Part shown: in pieces, positions 18,995-29,292 of the stretch | How the letters are laid out: the number at the start of each line of letters is the position of its first letter | Numbering within the stretch: position 1 is the first letter of the stretch | Assembly: GCA_050014195.1 (NCBI GenBank) | Contig: JBEKDT010000022.1 | Coordinates: forward strand, 1 to 46,896 | DNA: 46,896 nt | Direction of reading: 5' to 3' | Source: Desulfomonilia bacterium | Lineage (GTDB): Bacteria; Desulfobacterota; Desulfomonilia; UBA1062 | The notes under the pieces: generated by a model | What the model was told of the DNA's origin: nothing | Seen by the model: only the letters and a program-made list of their open reading frames with translations | Databases searched by the model: none | Translations under genes and position numbers: made by a program

Positions 18995-19954
18995 TTATGG
19001 GGTCTTGAATCCTGTGTACAATGTACCCTTGAGCTCACTTACATATTCGTATGCAGCAAAGGAAGCGGTGGCACCATCACCGCATGCGGTCACCACCTGC
19101 CGCAGAAGTTTTTGAGTACAGTCTCCGCAGGCAAAGATGCCCTTGGCCGAAGTCTTCATGTGCGCATCCGCCTTGATGTACCCCAGTGAATCCATGTCCA
19201 CAATCCCTTTGAAGGCCTCAGTATTGGGGACATTGCCCGTGAAGATGAAGACCCCGTCAACAGGAAGGGTCTTTACCTTATTGGGGTCTGTCACATCCCG
19301 AATACTGACTGCCTTCACTACCGAATCGCCAATGATCTCCTCTACGTTGGCATTCCATTCAAACGCTATCTTGGCATTAGCAAACGCCTTGTGCTGTAAT
19401 GCGGCTGTTGCCCTCAGCCGGTCTCTCCGATGTATGACGGTAACCGTGCGGGCGAAATTCGTCAGATAGAGGGCCTCCTGGACTGCGGTGTCCCCTCCGC
19501 CCACCACAGCAAGTGCGCAATCGCGATAGAAAGGCCCGTCACATGTCGCGCAGTAGGACACTCCTTTGCCGGTAAACTCGGCCTCTCCCGGTACATTGAG
19601 GTGGGCGTATTCACTACCCGTGGCGATGATTAAAGACAGCGACCGGTAAATTGAGCCTGATGTGCTCACCTGCCAGGCCCCTCGGCCTTCTGAGATGGTC
19701 TCTGCAATGGAGGTGATATCGTCATCAATGATAGTAAGCCCGAACTTGAGTGCCTGCCGGGTAAAGCGATCAACCAGTTCGAACCCGCCTATTCCTTCAG
19801 GAAAGCCGGGATAGTTCTCGATGAGATCCGTGGTGGCGGCAAGGCTGGTTTTGAAGGCGCTCCTGATAAGCAGCGTCTTCATGTTCGCCCGTGCCGCATA
19901 GATCCCTGCAGTAAGGCCTGCGGGTCCGCCCCCGATGATGATCACATCATACAT
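18995..19954 (-). CDS. trxB: Thioredoxin-disulfide reductase
   Basis: GGGPAG, CATCDG, GGGDTA, HRRD. Confidence 0.95.
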   Translation of the reverse strand: MYDVIIIGGGPAGLTAGIYAARANMKTLLIRSAFKTSLAATTDLIENYPGFPEGIGGFELVDRFTRQALKFGLTIIDDDITSIAETISEGRGAWQVSTSGSIYRSLSLIIATGSEYAHLNVPGEAEFTGKGVSYCATCDGPFYRDCALAVVGGGDTAVQEALYLTNFARTVTVIHRRDRLRATAALQHKAFANAKIAFEWNANVEEIIGDSVVKAVSIRDVTDPNKVKTLPVDGVFIFTGNVPNTEAFKGIVDMDSLGYIKADAHMKTSAKGIFACGDCTQKLLRQVVTACGDGATASFAAYEYVSELKGTLYTGFKTP

Positions 19955-20100
19955 ATCTTGAAAACCCTTCCATAGTAGTTATATAGATGTAAACAAATTC
20001 CAGTGCCTAAACGTCATAATATGAAAGGCGGCTTGATTTCGTCTCATACCAGCGACTATTGTACTATTACAATAGAAACGATCTCACAGGAGGTCAAGAT

Positions 20101-20598
20101 ATGAAGAAGATTATTTTAACAACACTGGTCCTGATGGTTCTTCCTATGATTTCACATGGAGCAGGGTATGTCCTTGCAAATTACGGCGATGGAGGCAAGG
20201 TCAATGCGTCAAGCTATGGGCTCGAGCTGGGCGGGATATTCCTTTCACCCTATCATCCCAATGGCGGGGCTTTCAGCCTCGGGATCGGCGCAAGCATAGC
20301 AAATACCAACGAACATCCATCATCAACCTTTACGGGAAAATCAAATGACGGAAACGAGCAGGAGATCTATGCCGCCTTCGGCGCCGAGATCGTGCCTGCG
20401 TTCTTTGGTGTGGTCGGGGTCGGGTATGCCAGCCAGGACACAAAGACCTACAATGCATCCGACTCAACGACCAGATCGGGCACTGATAGTTTCGGCACCT
20501 GGATGCTCGGCATGCGCTATGTGGTACAATCGTTCAATATGGGCTTGGGTTACGATTATCGACGCGGGGTTACGGCAAGCCTTGGGGTGGCCTTCTGA
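20101..20598 (+). CDS. Putative small outer-membrane beta-barrel protein
   Basis: Signal peptide, Gly/aromatic beta-strand pattern, C-terminal Phe; RBS AGGAGG. Confidence 0.6.
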   Translation: MKKIILTTLVLMVLPMISHGAGYVLANYGDGGKVNASSYGLELGGIFLSPYHPNGGAFSLGIGASIANTNEHPSSTFTGKSNDGNEQEIYAAFGAEIVPAFFGVVGVGYASQDTKTYNASDSTTRSGTDSFGTWMLGMRYVVQSFNMGLGYDYRRGVTASLGVAF

Positions 20599-20663
20599 AA
20601 AAAGGCCTTTATTATTTATCCGCATGTAAACAATGGCCACGATCTCTGCGTCTCTATAGAGTA

Positions 20664-22076
20664 ATGAACGGGTATAGCTTGAGAACGCTTGCCTTTGTAC
20701 CCATTGTTTCTTTGAGCCTCCTGATTGCGGCATCCGGATGCTCGAGCCTCCAGAATTATACCAGGCACTCGGCTCCGGCACGGGCATCGATCATGGCAGG
20801 CAACTTTCAAGGCGCCCTTACCACGTTTCCCGAAGAGGCGGCAAAGGGGAAGGATGAGGTCCTGATAAGGCTCGAGCGGGCAATGATTCTCCAGGACCTC
20901 GGAGAGTTCAAGCAGAGCTCTTCCGAGTTCGAGCAGGCCATGGGAAGGATACGGGGATTTGAAGACAGGGCCGTGATTTCAGCAAGCAATACCGCTTCCG
21001 AGGTAGGGACCCTGATTCTCAACGAACAGGTCATGCCCTATGAGGGAGAAGACTTCGAGATAATTCTCCTCCATGCCCTCAATGCCGTGAACTACCTTAT
21101 GAGGGGAGATCTCGAAGGGGCGCGGGTGGAAGTCAGGAAATCTTATGAGAGGCAAGAGCAGCTCTCTGAAAAACATGGAAAAGAGCTGCAAAAGGCCCAA
21201 GCTGACACACATTTCTCGGACTGGGAGCGGTCCTTTGACAAGGCGGACAGCAAGGGGTATGCGCAGCTCAAGGAGAAGGCCTCACCGGTGGTCAGCCTTT
21301 ATCAGAACGCATTTGCATCCTATATCTCAGCCCTTGTCTATGAGCTCGGCGGCGAGAACGATGATGCCTATATCGACCTCAAGAAGGCATATCAGGCATA
21401 CCCGTCATGCCGGAGTATCCAAAGAGACCTTGTGCGCCTGAGCAGGAAGATCGGTTTCAGGGAGGATCAAGAGCTGTGGGAGAAGCAATTCGGAATGCCC
21501 AAGGCATATCCGAAAGACACGGTAGACGTGTTTGTGATTTTCAGCTATGGCCTGGCGCCTTATAAAGTACCGCTGACTCTTCCCATCCCCATCTCCCGCG
21601 GTTTTACCTTTGCGTCGCTGCCGCTCTATGAATTCAGCCCGTCAAACATCTTTGGCGGACTGGTCACGGCCGATGGCCTGAACGAGGAGACATCAACGGT
21701 GTTTGATGTTGATGCCGTGGCTGCAAGGAACCTCCTGGATGATTACCCCATAATCTTTGTGAAACAGATCGCGAGGTCATATATCAAGGCTAAGGCTACA
21801 AGCCAGTTGGCGCATAACTATGGCGATGCCGGTGCGATCCTGGGCATATTTGCCTCGGCAATAACGGAACAGGCCGACTTAAGGGCCTGGTCGAGCCTGC
21901 CCAAACAGATCCAGGTGGCAAGACTCTTTGTACCCAGGTCTTCGGCGGATATCTCCATCAGGAATTTGCCGGGAGGATACTCTTCCACCGTGCGGATACC
22001 AAAAGGGGTATCGCACATGATCGTGTACTGCAGGGCCACCCAAAATGGCCTGGCCATATATACGAAATCATTCTAG
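20664..22076 (+). CDS. COG3014-family lipoprotein (TPR-like)
   Basis: Lipobox ASGC; YEGEDFE, ARVEVRK, ADLRAWSSLP; upstream of ycfL-lpoB. Confidence 0.75.
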   Translation: MNGYSLRTLAFVPIVSLSLLIAASGCSSLQNYTRHSAPARASIMAGNFQGALTTFPEEAAKGKDEVLIRLERAMILQDLGEFKQSSSEFEQAMGRIRGFEDRAVISASNTASEVGTLILNEQVMPYEGEDFEIILLHALNAVNYLMRGDLEGARVEVRKSYERQEQLSEKHGKELQKAQADTHFSDWERSFDKADSKGYAQLKEKASPVVSLYQNAFASYISALVYELGGENDDAYIDLKKAYQAYPSCRSIQRDLVRLSRKIGFREDQELWEKQFGMPKAYPKDTVDVFVIFSYGLAPYKVPLTLPIPISRGFTFASLPLYEFSPSNIFGGLVTADGLNEETSTVFDVDAVAARNLLDDYPIIFVKQIARSYIKAKATSQLAHNYGDAGAILGIFASAITEQADLRAWSSLPKQIQVARLFVPRSSADISIRNLPGGYSSTVRIPKGVSHMIVYCRATQNGLAIYTKSF

Positions 22077-22091
22077 ACAAGGAGGAACTCT

Positions 22092-22523
22092 ATGAGAAAA
22101 ATAGGCAGATCTTTTATCATACTGACCTTATTCATGGTTGCCTGCGCAGGGACGGCCCCCAATATCCTTCACGTTCAGGCAAGCCCCATGGGCGTGAGTG
22201 CCAAACATGTGGAGATCAATGATAAATTTCTCGAAAGAAATATGAGCTTCGGCGATGTGAGCATCAAGCCGCTTGATGCAGCAAACTCCATTGAGGCCCA
22301 GGTTATGCTGAAAAATGAGAGCGACAGAGACTTGTCCTTCGAGTATCGCTTTATCTGGTACGATGCACGCGGGTATGAGATATCGGGTGTGACCTCATGG
22401 ATACCTGCCGCGCTCGGGGGCAGAGAGTCAAAAGGGTTTCGCTCGGCCTCACCCGGTCCCAATGCGGCAGGGTTTAGACTTATGGTACGTAACCCCCATC
22501 CTGTAACGGACACGGGGTCATGA
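22092..22523 (+). CDS. YcfL/DUF1425-family lipoprotein
   Basis: Lipobox MVAC; EYRFIWYDARG motif. Confidence 0.8.
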   Translation: MRKIGRSFIILTLFMVACAGTAPNILHVQASPMGVSAKHVEINDKFLERNMSFGDVSIKPLDAANSIEAQVMLKNESDRDLSFEYRFIWYDARGYEISGVTSWIPAALGGRESKGFRSASPGPNAAGFRLMVRNPHPVTDTGS

Positions 22524-22550
22524 GAGACGAACAGGAGGTGAAAAAGAGAT

Positions 22551-23147
22551 ATGAAGAGATTATACCTTTTGCTTAGTATTGCAGCGTTAGTGTCCATTTT
22601 CTGGGGTTGCGCCAGCACACCGGAGGTGACCTACGGCAATCCGGATCAGGTAGAGACGGTGACAGCGGATTTCGGCTCCACCGACCTGCAGATGATCGCG
22701 GAGAAAATGGTGAACTCATTGCTGGCAAGCCCGGTGCTTTCTTCGGGCAACCGGCCGGTGCTCTATGTCCAGCATGTCCGGAACAAGACGGATGAGCATA
22801 TCGACACCGAATCAGTCACGGATAAAATAAAGGTGACAATGCTCAAATCCGGCAAGGTAAGGTTCTCCGCCGTGGGAGATGTGAAGGACGAGCTTGTCAA
22901 CCAGCTTGAGTTCCAGGCAAGCTCCGGAATGGTCGACCCCAAGACGGCCAAGTCCATCGGTAAACTGGTCGGCGCAGACTATTTCCTCTATGGCGAGCTC
23001 GCCTCCATCAAGAAGTCTGCCGGCCGGGTCCAGGATGTCTATTTCAAGTTTACCCTCAACCTGGTGAATATCAAGACCGGCCTCATCGAATGGGCCGATG
23101 AAAAGGAGATCAGGAAACAGGCCAAGAAGCCGCTTCTGGGTGGATGA
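22551..23147 (+). CDS. lpoB: Penicillin-binding protein activator LpoB-like lipoprotein
   Basis: Lipobox FWGC; DLQMIAEKMVNSL, VRNKTDEHID, TGLIEW. Confidence 0.85.
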   Translation: MKRLYLLLSIAALVSIFWGCASTPEVTYGNPDQVETVTADFGSTDLQMIAEKMVNSLLASPVLSSGNRPVLYVQHVRNKTDEHIDTESVTDKIKVTMLKSGKVRFSAVGDVKDELVNQLEFQASSGMVDPKTAKSIGKLVGADYFLYGELASIKKSAGRVQDVYFKFTLNLVNIKTGLIEWADEKEIRKQAKKPLLGG

Positions 23148-23314
23148 GAGTTCTTACCGGCACTGAAAGCTCATTGCAGAAGGTGATGAAGTTATTACCT
23201 TTAAGTGGAATGTTTTCTAAGAGATGCCCATAGCGGCATCATCCGCTTTGTGCTCAGCAGGTTTGGCTTGACTCCACGAACATGAAACGGATAGAAAGCT
23301 TTGACGAGCCTTAA

Positions 23315-23875
23315 GTGGAGGTTATGGGTATGACCTTGGAGCATAGACTCAAGAAGATAACCAGCAGGACAGCAGTCCTTTACGGGACCGTAGCCCTGCT
23401 CGTAATATTTGCCGACCCCAGTTGGACTTCCTGTTTCATTGGATCAATCTTCGTCATTGCAGGTGAGGCGCTTAGGTTCTGGGCCACGGGTCATCTGAGA
23501 AAAAACGAAGAACTTACCACTTCAGGGCCCTATGCATATCTCCAGTCACCGCTCTACCTCGGCAGTTATATCATCAGCACCGGCATGTGTATTATGGCCA
23601 AGAATCCGGTCATATGGATCCTGGCCTCGCTCATCTTCTTCATTTCTTACGTCCCGAGGAAGCAGAAGATCGAATGGGGAAGGCTGGAGGAGAGATTCGG
23701 GGAGGAGTTCTTGAAGTATAAACGTGCGGTGAATTATTTCATGCCCCGGCTCGATCCCTATCCTGACGGCAGCAAGCACTTATGGTCTTTTGCATTAACC
23801 ATCGAAAACACCGAGCACCAGACGGCCCTGGCGGTTCTTCTCATTGCATTCCTCATCTTCATCAGGATTTTTTAA
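23315..23875 (+). CDS. ICMT/PEMT-family membrane methyltransferase
   Basis: TM helices, LTTSGPYAY...PLYLG, LEERFGEEFLKYK. Confidence 0.75.
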   Translation: MEVMGMTLEHRLKKITSRTAVLYGTVALLVIFADPSWTSCFIGSIFVIAGEALRFWATGHLRKNEELTTSGPYAYLQSPLYLGSYIISTGMCIMAKNPVIWILASLIFFISYVPRKQKIEWGRLEERFGEEFLKYKRAVNYFMPRLDPYPDGSKHLWSFALTIENTEHQTALAVLLIAFLIFIRIF

Positions 23876-23927
23876 ACGCTAAAGGAAGCGCTTTCAAACC
23901 AAGGGCACTAAAAATAGAAATAACAGG

Positions 23928-23960
23928 GAAAGGCCGGGGAGCTTACTTCCCCGGCCTTTT
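23928..23960. terminator. Bidirectional intrinsic terminator
   Basis: AAAGGCCGGGGA-GCTTACT-TCCCCGGCCTTTT. Confidence 0.8.
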
Positions 23961-23963
23961 GTA

Positions 23964-24065
23964 TTATAGATGATCGAGCCAGTCCAGGTGTTTGGGATTC
24001 CTGCCGCGGATGACATCAAAGTAAGCCTTCTGCAGGGCCTTGGTCACGGGGCCGGGCTTGCCTTC
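23964..24065 (-). pseudogene. Relic 3' end of an E. coli-type ilvE (BCAT group I)
   Basis: Minus-strand translation EGKPGPVTKALQKAYFDVIRGRNPKHLDWLDHL-stop; not in ORF track. Confidence 0.75.
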
Positions 24066-24158
24066 GGGCAGATGGCCTGAATAAGCAGGAGAATTCCAAT
24101 GCTGTGGGTGGCAAGGGCTAAGCCTGAAAGGCTTGCCTTTGGGATAACCCTCAAGGGT

Positions 24159-25235
24159 TTAGTCCGATATCTTCACGCGCCAGCCGAAGGGATCTGACTT
24201 TTCTCCATACTGGATCTGCAAGATCTCGTTATACAAGCGTTCCGTCAGGGTCCCTGTCTTGCCGTCGTTGATGACGTGCTCTTTCCCCTGATAATAGATT
24301 TGGCCGATAGGAGAGACAATGGCCGCCGTACCTGAAGCAAACGCCTCTTTCACTGACCCGTCAGCAATCCCGGAAATAATCTCACTCATGGCCGGTGCCC
24401 GTTCCGTCACCTTCACGCCCCAGCTCCGCGCCAACTGGATGACGGAATCCCGGGTGACACCGGGTAGAATAGAACCTGAGAGCGGCGGTGTAACAAGTTC
24501 ATCGCCGATCACGAAGAAGGCATTGCTCGTCCCCACCTCTTCTACATATTTCCGCTCAATGGCATCCAGCCAAAGGACCTGCGTATACCCCATCTCCTTG
24601 GCCTTCTGGCTGGCGTAGAGGCTGGCGGCATAATTCCCCGCATTTTTGCAGTTCCCGACACCGCCGCGAACGGCCCGGACGTAATCCTCGCTGACGTAGA
24701 TCTTCGTCGGACTGAATCCCTCAGGATAGTAAGCCCCGACAGGACCGACAATGATGAAGAAAAGATATTGATTTGACGGGTGGACACCCAGCGCCGGCTC
24801 GGTGGCGATCATGGTCGGGCGGATATACAGGGACGTTCCGGCGCCGCGAGGGATCCAGTCCTGTTCCAGAAGGACAAGTTTTTTCATGCCCTCCATAAAC
24901 AGCTCCGGATCGATTGTGGCCATGCACAGGCGCTCTGCCGAGGCGTTCATCCGCTTGATGTTTTCCATGGGCCGGAACAGGTAGATACTCCCGTCCTTTC
25001 CGTGATAGGCCTTCAGCCCTTCAAAGATTTCCTGGCCATAGTGGAGACTCATGGCCGTGGGGTCAAGGATGATCGGACCGTAAGGGCCGATAACGGGTTC
25101 ATGCCAACCCTTGCCGTCCTTATATTTTACCGTAAACATATGATCCGTGACGATCTGGCCGAAGCCCAGTTTGGATTCATCTGCCGGTTTTGTTTTCAGC
25201 TTGTCCGGTGCACATTTTATGATTTTGATGTCCAT
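24159..25235 (-). CDS. ilvE: Branched-chain amino acid aminotransferase (group II)
   Basis: LHYGQEIFEGLKAY, LYIRP, KNAGNY, EEVGTSN, ILPGVTR, SGTAA. Confidence 0.95.
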   Translation of the reverse strand: MDIKIIKCAPDKLKTKPADESKLGFGQIVTDHMFTVKYKDGKGWHEPVIGPYGPIILDPTAMSLHYGQEIFEGLKAYHGKDGSIYLFRPMENIKRMNASAERLCMATIDPELFMEGMKKLVLLEQDWIPRGAGTSLYIRPTMIATEPALGVHPSNQYLFFIIVGPVGAYYPEGFSPTKIYVSEDYVRAVRGGVGNCKNAGNYAASLYASQKAKEMGYTQVLWLDAIERKYVEEVGTSNAFFVIGDELVTPPLSGSILPGVTRDSVIQLARSWGVKVTERAPAMSEIISGIADGSVKEAFASGTAAIVSPIGQIYYQGKEHVINDGKTGTLTERLYNEILQIQYGEKSDPFGWRVKISD

Positions 25236-25430
25236 AAAGATCTTCCCCTATAATTTATAAGCCAGCTTTGTTACCATAGCATCTGCACCTCAAAAGGAGT
25301 ATAGGTATATTCCATGCATTATCTGTGATTTTGATCCTATGGTCAATATGAAGTTCTAAGGGGCCGCCTTCCTTAACATTAACTCGGTACGTGTAAATTT
25401 TAACCTTTGCCGATAAAGGAGGGCGCAACA

Positions 25431-28400
25431 ATGAACTGTTGCATGATATGCGGCAACCTCGTGGATGTATCCGACCGATACTGTTCCCAGTGCGGCTCAT
25501 GCCTATCGCCATCGACGCAGGTAGCTGAATACCGCTTCATAACTATCCTCTGTACCGACCTGAGCGGATACAGCCTTCTGTCTGAAAGACTCGACCACGA
25601 GGAACTTCAGGAGCTCATGGGCAGTGTCCTGAGTGAGATTACCCGGATCATCACTCGCTTCGGCGGTACCATCGAGAAGTATATCGGTGACGCCGTAGTG
25701 GCCATCTACGGCAACTCCAAGGCCAGAGAGGATGATCTTCTCAGGGCCATCCTGTCCGCCCGGGATATCCACAGGACAGTGGAAGGACTGAACGTGCTCA
25801 TGCCAAGGAGCTGCAACATCCACATGAGCATGCACACCGGTATAAACACGGGTGAGGTGCTTATGGATTCCGGCACGACCCGCCACTCATCGCACGGTAC
25901 CCTGGGAAAGCCCATCAATATTGCATCCAGACTGTGTGATATAGCATCAAGGGGGGAGATCTTCATCGGGGAGTCGCTCATATCAGAGGCAATGCGGTAT
26001 TTTCACCTGGAATGGATGGGCAGGAAGATGCTCAAGGGTTTCAGAACCCCGATCCATGTGTACAAGGTTATGGATGAGAGGAAGATTCCTTTGGCCGTGC
26101 ACCGCTCCGGTGGGGTGACCTCGCCGCTGGTTGGGCGTGAACACGAGTTGTCCGAGCTGTTATCCAGGGCACGCAAGCTTCAGTCAGGACAAGGCGGTGT
26201 GCTCAGCATCATAGGCGATGCCGGTGTCGGCAAAAGCAGGCTCATTGAAGAGTTCAAGGCATTGCTTAATGATGGAGTTGCATTCGTAACAGCCACCTGC
26301 CACGATCATGCAAGCTCCACCCCGTACTTTCCTTTTACGAAACTCATATCTTCAATCCTGGGAATCTCTGAGACGGATAATACCTATAAAAGTATTTCCC
26401 AGGCATTAATTCAATACGGTCTACCCACGGAGCATGCAACTCATCTTACTTTCTTCAGGGACCAGGCCTTTTCCTTAAGATCCGAATCCCCGGATACCCT
26501 CAAAGAACAGATCAGTGATGCCTTTGTTTGGCTGCTCAGCTCGAAGGCTTTGGCCCGGCCTACCATTATCTGTATTGAGGACATCCACTGGGCGGACCAG
26601 AGCACCCTTGATCTCCTGGCCTATCTCATTCACAATTGGAAGAAGTCCTGGCCCTGTCTGCTGGTACTATCTCATCGTCCCGGATCAATGCCTGCCTTAT
26701 CAAGTAGCTTCATAAGCCTGCGTGAACTTAGTGAGTCGGAAGTGGGCAGAATGCTCACACTCATGTTTGAAGCACTCGCAGTGCCTGAACCGGCCGTGCA
26801 CTCACTGACCGATGCCACCGGAGGCAATCCATTCTTCATAGAGGAGCTGGCAAATTACCTCCTGGAAAAGGGAGCCGATCTAGTAGGTCATTGTCTAACG
26901 GGCTTCCTGAATGATGTGCCTACGACCCTGTACGGACTCATCTCTTCACGGCTTGATCATATGGAACCGATTGCCAAGAAGATGCTTCAGGAAGCGGCCC
27001 TCATCGGCAGGGGCTTTTCAGAGGACCTCTTGGCCTTGGTATGCTCAAATCCTGATTCCTTAAAAGAGGGATTGATCGAATCAGTCAAGCACGGCTTCAT
27101 CCATCCCACGGGTGAAGGGGAATACATCTTCAAGCATGATATGACCCGTGATGTGGCGGGCAGAACCCTCTTGAAGAGAGAGAGGGTCAGGCTACACAAA
27201 AAAATCGCCCTGGCCTTGGAAGACAGAGCCGGCTCATGTCCCGGGGATCATGCCGGAGAGCTCGCCCATCACTACGCCGAGGCTCAGAATTACATCAAAG
27301 CAGTATACTACCATATGGAAGCCGGTAAACGCTGCCAGTCAACAGGTGCATGGGTTGAGGCCGGCTGGCACTTCTCATCGGCAGAGCGCTGTGTGCTTGC
27401 AGCCCCGGCTTTTCCTGAAGTTGAAGAAAAGGTTGTTGAGATACAAGAAGGGATATGGAGATGCTGCCGGGTGTTCAATCCGGCCCGGGCTATTACCGCG
27501 CTGGAGGCCCTAGCCGATAATTACCGGCTTAAAGGGCTTAAAGAAAAAGAAGCCTTTTGCTCCATCAGACTTATCAACCTCTATTCCCAAATCGGTTTGT
27601 TTGAAAAGGCCAAAGGGTACTACACCCATGCGTTAAGCATCATCGGGAATGATCCTGTTTTGATTGCAGCGGCACACACCGCCATTGCCTACACCTACAC
27701 CTTTCTCGGAAAGCAAAACGATGCACTACGTCTTCTGGATAGTTCCCGACCTTCACTCGAGGCATCGGACCGGTTCCTCTTTACCGTCAATACCCTTACC
27801 ACGTTGGCTGCATGCGTATGGAAGGGTGACATGAAGAGTGCACGCACCTGGTATGATCGGACCAAGGTGTTCAGTGGGGCATATATGGATATCGATCTTA
27901 TGGCGGACATATGGCTCGCCCATATCTGCTGTCTCGAAGGCGACTTTGATGAGGCACGCAGGGTTTTAGGCGAGGTCTCATCGCGGGAGAAAAAGCTGGG
28001 TAAGCTTGCCGGCGGACTTTCATATTTAAGGATTCAGGGTTCCATCTATTTCCGCTCCCGGTATTTCGGAGATATTAGGGGTGCCCGATATGACTTACAT
28101 GTATTTAACGCCTTAGGGGCGGACATCCATAACTCAGGTTCGTTAAAGGATTTGTATCGTGCATGGATTGCGCTGGAAGAAGGCAAGCCCCAAGAAACAA
28201 AAGACCTTATTCATGCAGCGCTACCCGGCCTGAGGGAGGGTATTGCCAACCGAGTGCCCTATGCACTGAATGCCCTTGCCGAGGCAAATCTCCTATTAAA
28301 CGATCTTAGTGCAGCACGCCAAATTGCAGAGGAAAGCATAACCTGGAATGAGCATTGCGGCAATGCCGACCAGCTCATCTGGGGCTTAAGGATTTTTGCC

Positions 28401-28658
28401 GAGATCTGTATCTCACAAGGGGAATACATTACCGCACGCAAAGCCCTCTCCCGAGCATACTCTCTTGCTCGAGCGTGCAAGATGAAGCCGCATCAAGCCT
28501 GGATCATTGCCTTATGGGGCAATCTCCTCAACAGGACCGGCAAGCACGCAGAATCGGCCATATGCCTAGGTAAATCGCTCAAGCTCTGGAAAGAGATGGG
28601 CAATCCTATCCAGGTGAAACGGGTTGCAAAAGAACTAAACCGTACCGGATATGCATGA
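25431..28658 (+). CDS. Zinc-ribbon + class III nucleotide cyclase + STAND/AAA ATPase + TPR protein
   Basis: Two CxxC, TDLSGY, EKYIGD, NIASRL, GDAGVGKS, IEDIHWAD, GGNPFFIEE, helical repeats. Confidence 0.88.
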   Translation: MNCCMICGNLVDVSDRYCSQCGSCLSPSTQVAEYRFITILCTDLSGYSLLSERLDHEELQELMGSVLSEITRIITRFGGTIEKYIGDAVVAIYGNSKAREDDLLRAILSARDIHRTVEGLNVLMPRSCNIHMSMHTGINTGEVLMDSGTTRHSSHGTLGKPINIASRLCDIASRGEIFIGESLISEAMRYFHLEWMGRKMLKGFRTPIHVYKVMDERKIPLAVHRSGGVTSPLVGREHELSELLSRARKLQSGQGGVLSIIGDAGVGKSRLIEEFKALLNDGVAFVTATCHDHASSTPYFPFTKLISSILGISETDNTYKSISQALIQYGLPTEHATHLTFFRDQAFSLRSESPDTLKEQISDAFVWLLSSKALARPTIICIEDIHWADQSTLDLLAYLIHNWKKSWPCLLVLSHRPGSMPALSSSFISLRELSESEVGRMLTLMFEALAVPEPAVHSLTDATGGNPFFIEELANYLLEKGADLVGHCLTGFLNDVPTTLYGLISSRLDHMEPIAKKMLQEAALIGRGFSEDLLALVCSNPDSLKEGLIESVKHGFIHPTGEGEYIFKHDMTRDVAGRTLLKRERVRLHKKIALALEDRAGSCPGDHAGELAHHYAEAQNYIKAVYYHMEAGKRCQSTGAWVEAGWHFSSAERCVLAAPAFPEVEEKVVEIQEGIWRCCRVFNPARAITALEALADNYRLKGLKEKEAFCSIRLINLYSQIGLFEKAKGYYTHALSIIGNDPVLIAAAHTAIAYTYTFLGKQNDALRLLDSSRPSLEASDRFLFTVNTLTTLAACVWKGDMKSARTWYDRTKVFSGAYMDIDLMADIWLAHICCLEGDFDEARRVLGEVSSREKKLGKLAGGLSYLRIQGSIYFRSRYFGDIRGARYDLHVFNALGADIHNSGSLKDLYRAWIALEEGKPQETKDLIHAALPGLREGIANRVPYALNALAEANLLLNDLSAARQIAEESITWNEHCGNADQLIWGLRIFAEICISQGEYITARKALSRAYSLARACKMKPHQAWIIALWGNLLNRTGKHAESAICLGKSLKLWKEMGNPIQVKRVAKELNRTGYA

Positions 28659-29025
28659 AATCTTAAGTCTATTGAATACAGAGATTCCCTTTTTGTAATC
28701 CCTCTTTTGCTTCATCATGATGTCGAATTTTCATAACCCTGTCTCAGCCTAGCTTTTAAGGCATGGTAGCCGTCATGTGTCATAGATTGTCACGAGAAAC
28801 AGCCTGGCTAATGTTTTCGGCGTTCTGATCGATAGGATAAATTATAGCAGGGCTTTCATAAGCCCGAACTGTTCTTTGACAATTTAAAAGATGAGCCATG
28901 TGTGCTCTTTGGCTCCAGAGATCACACATGGGTAAAAGAGTAACTCAAAGCAGCTCAAGCGCCTTCATAGCAAGGAAGAAGGGGAACTCGGGAAATGGTC
29001 CTCTATGTGTAAGACCTCTCGTTTT

Positions 29026-29110
29026 CTCCTTCACAAGCCAAACCACAGGTAACTGTGGGACGGAAAGCCGCGGGTCCGCGCCGAATGCCGGGCGGACAGC
29101 CGGGTCGCCT
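29026..29110 (+). ncRNA. c-di-GMP-I (GEMM) riboswitch aptamer 1
   Basis: AGCCAAACCACAG-GTAA-CTGTGGGACGGAAAGCCGCGGGTCC...GGACAGCCGGGTCGCC. Confidence 0.85.
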
Positions 29111-29196
29111 CCTTCACAGCCACACCATGGGTAACCATGGGCCGGAAAGCCACGGGTCCGAAAATAGTGCTCGGACAGCCGGGCCGCCTGAGAAGG
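29111..29196 (+). ncRNA. c-di-GMP-I (GEMM) riboswitch aptamer 2
   Basis: AGCCACACCATGG-GTAA-CCATGGGCCGGAAAGCCACGGGTCC...GGACAGCCGGGCCGCC. Confidence 0.8.
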
Positions 29197-29210
29197 ATTC
29201 ACCAGCACAA

Positions 29211-29292
29211 TCACTCTAGCCACACCATGGGTAACCATGGGCCGGAAAGCCACGGGTCCACAGGGAGTGTGGACGGCCGGGTTGCCTGGAGA
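29211..29292 (+). ncRNA. c-di-GMP-I (GEMM) riboswitch aptamer 3
   Basis: 42 nt identical to aptamer 2, then GGACGGCCGGGTTGCC; ends just before the RBS. Confidence 0.8.

Noticed and set aside
29026-29292. 100-bp-period repeats as a CRISPR array
   Set aside because: Only 2-3 units with conserved internal structure matching GEMM aptamers; no cas genes
29026-29292. 3',3'-cGAMP-sensing (Geobacter-type) riboswitch
   Set aside because: All three aptamers have G, not A, at the position-20 equivalent
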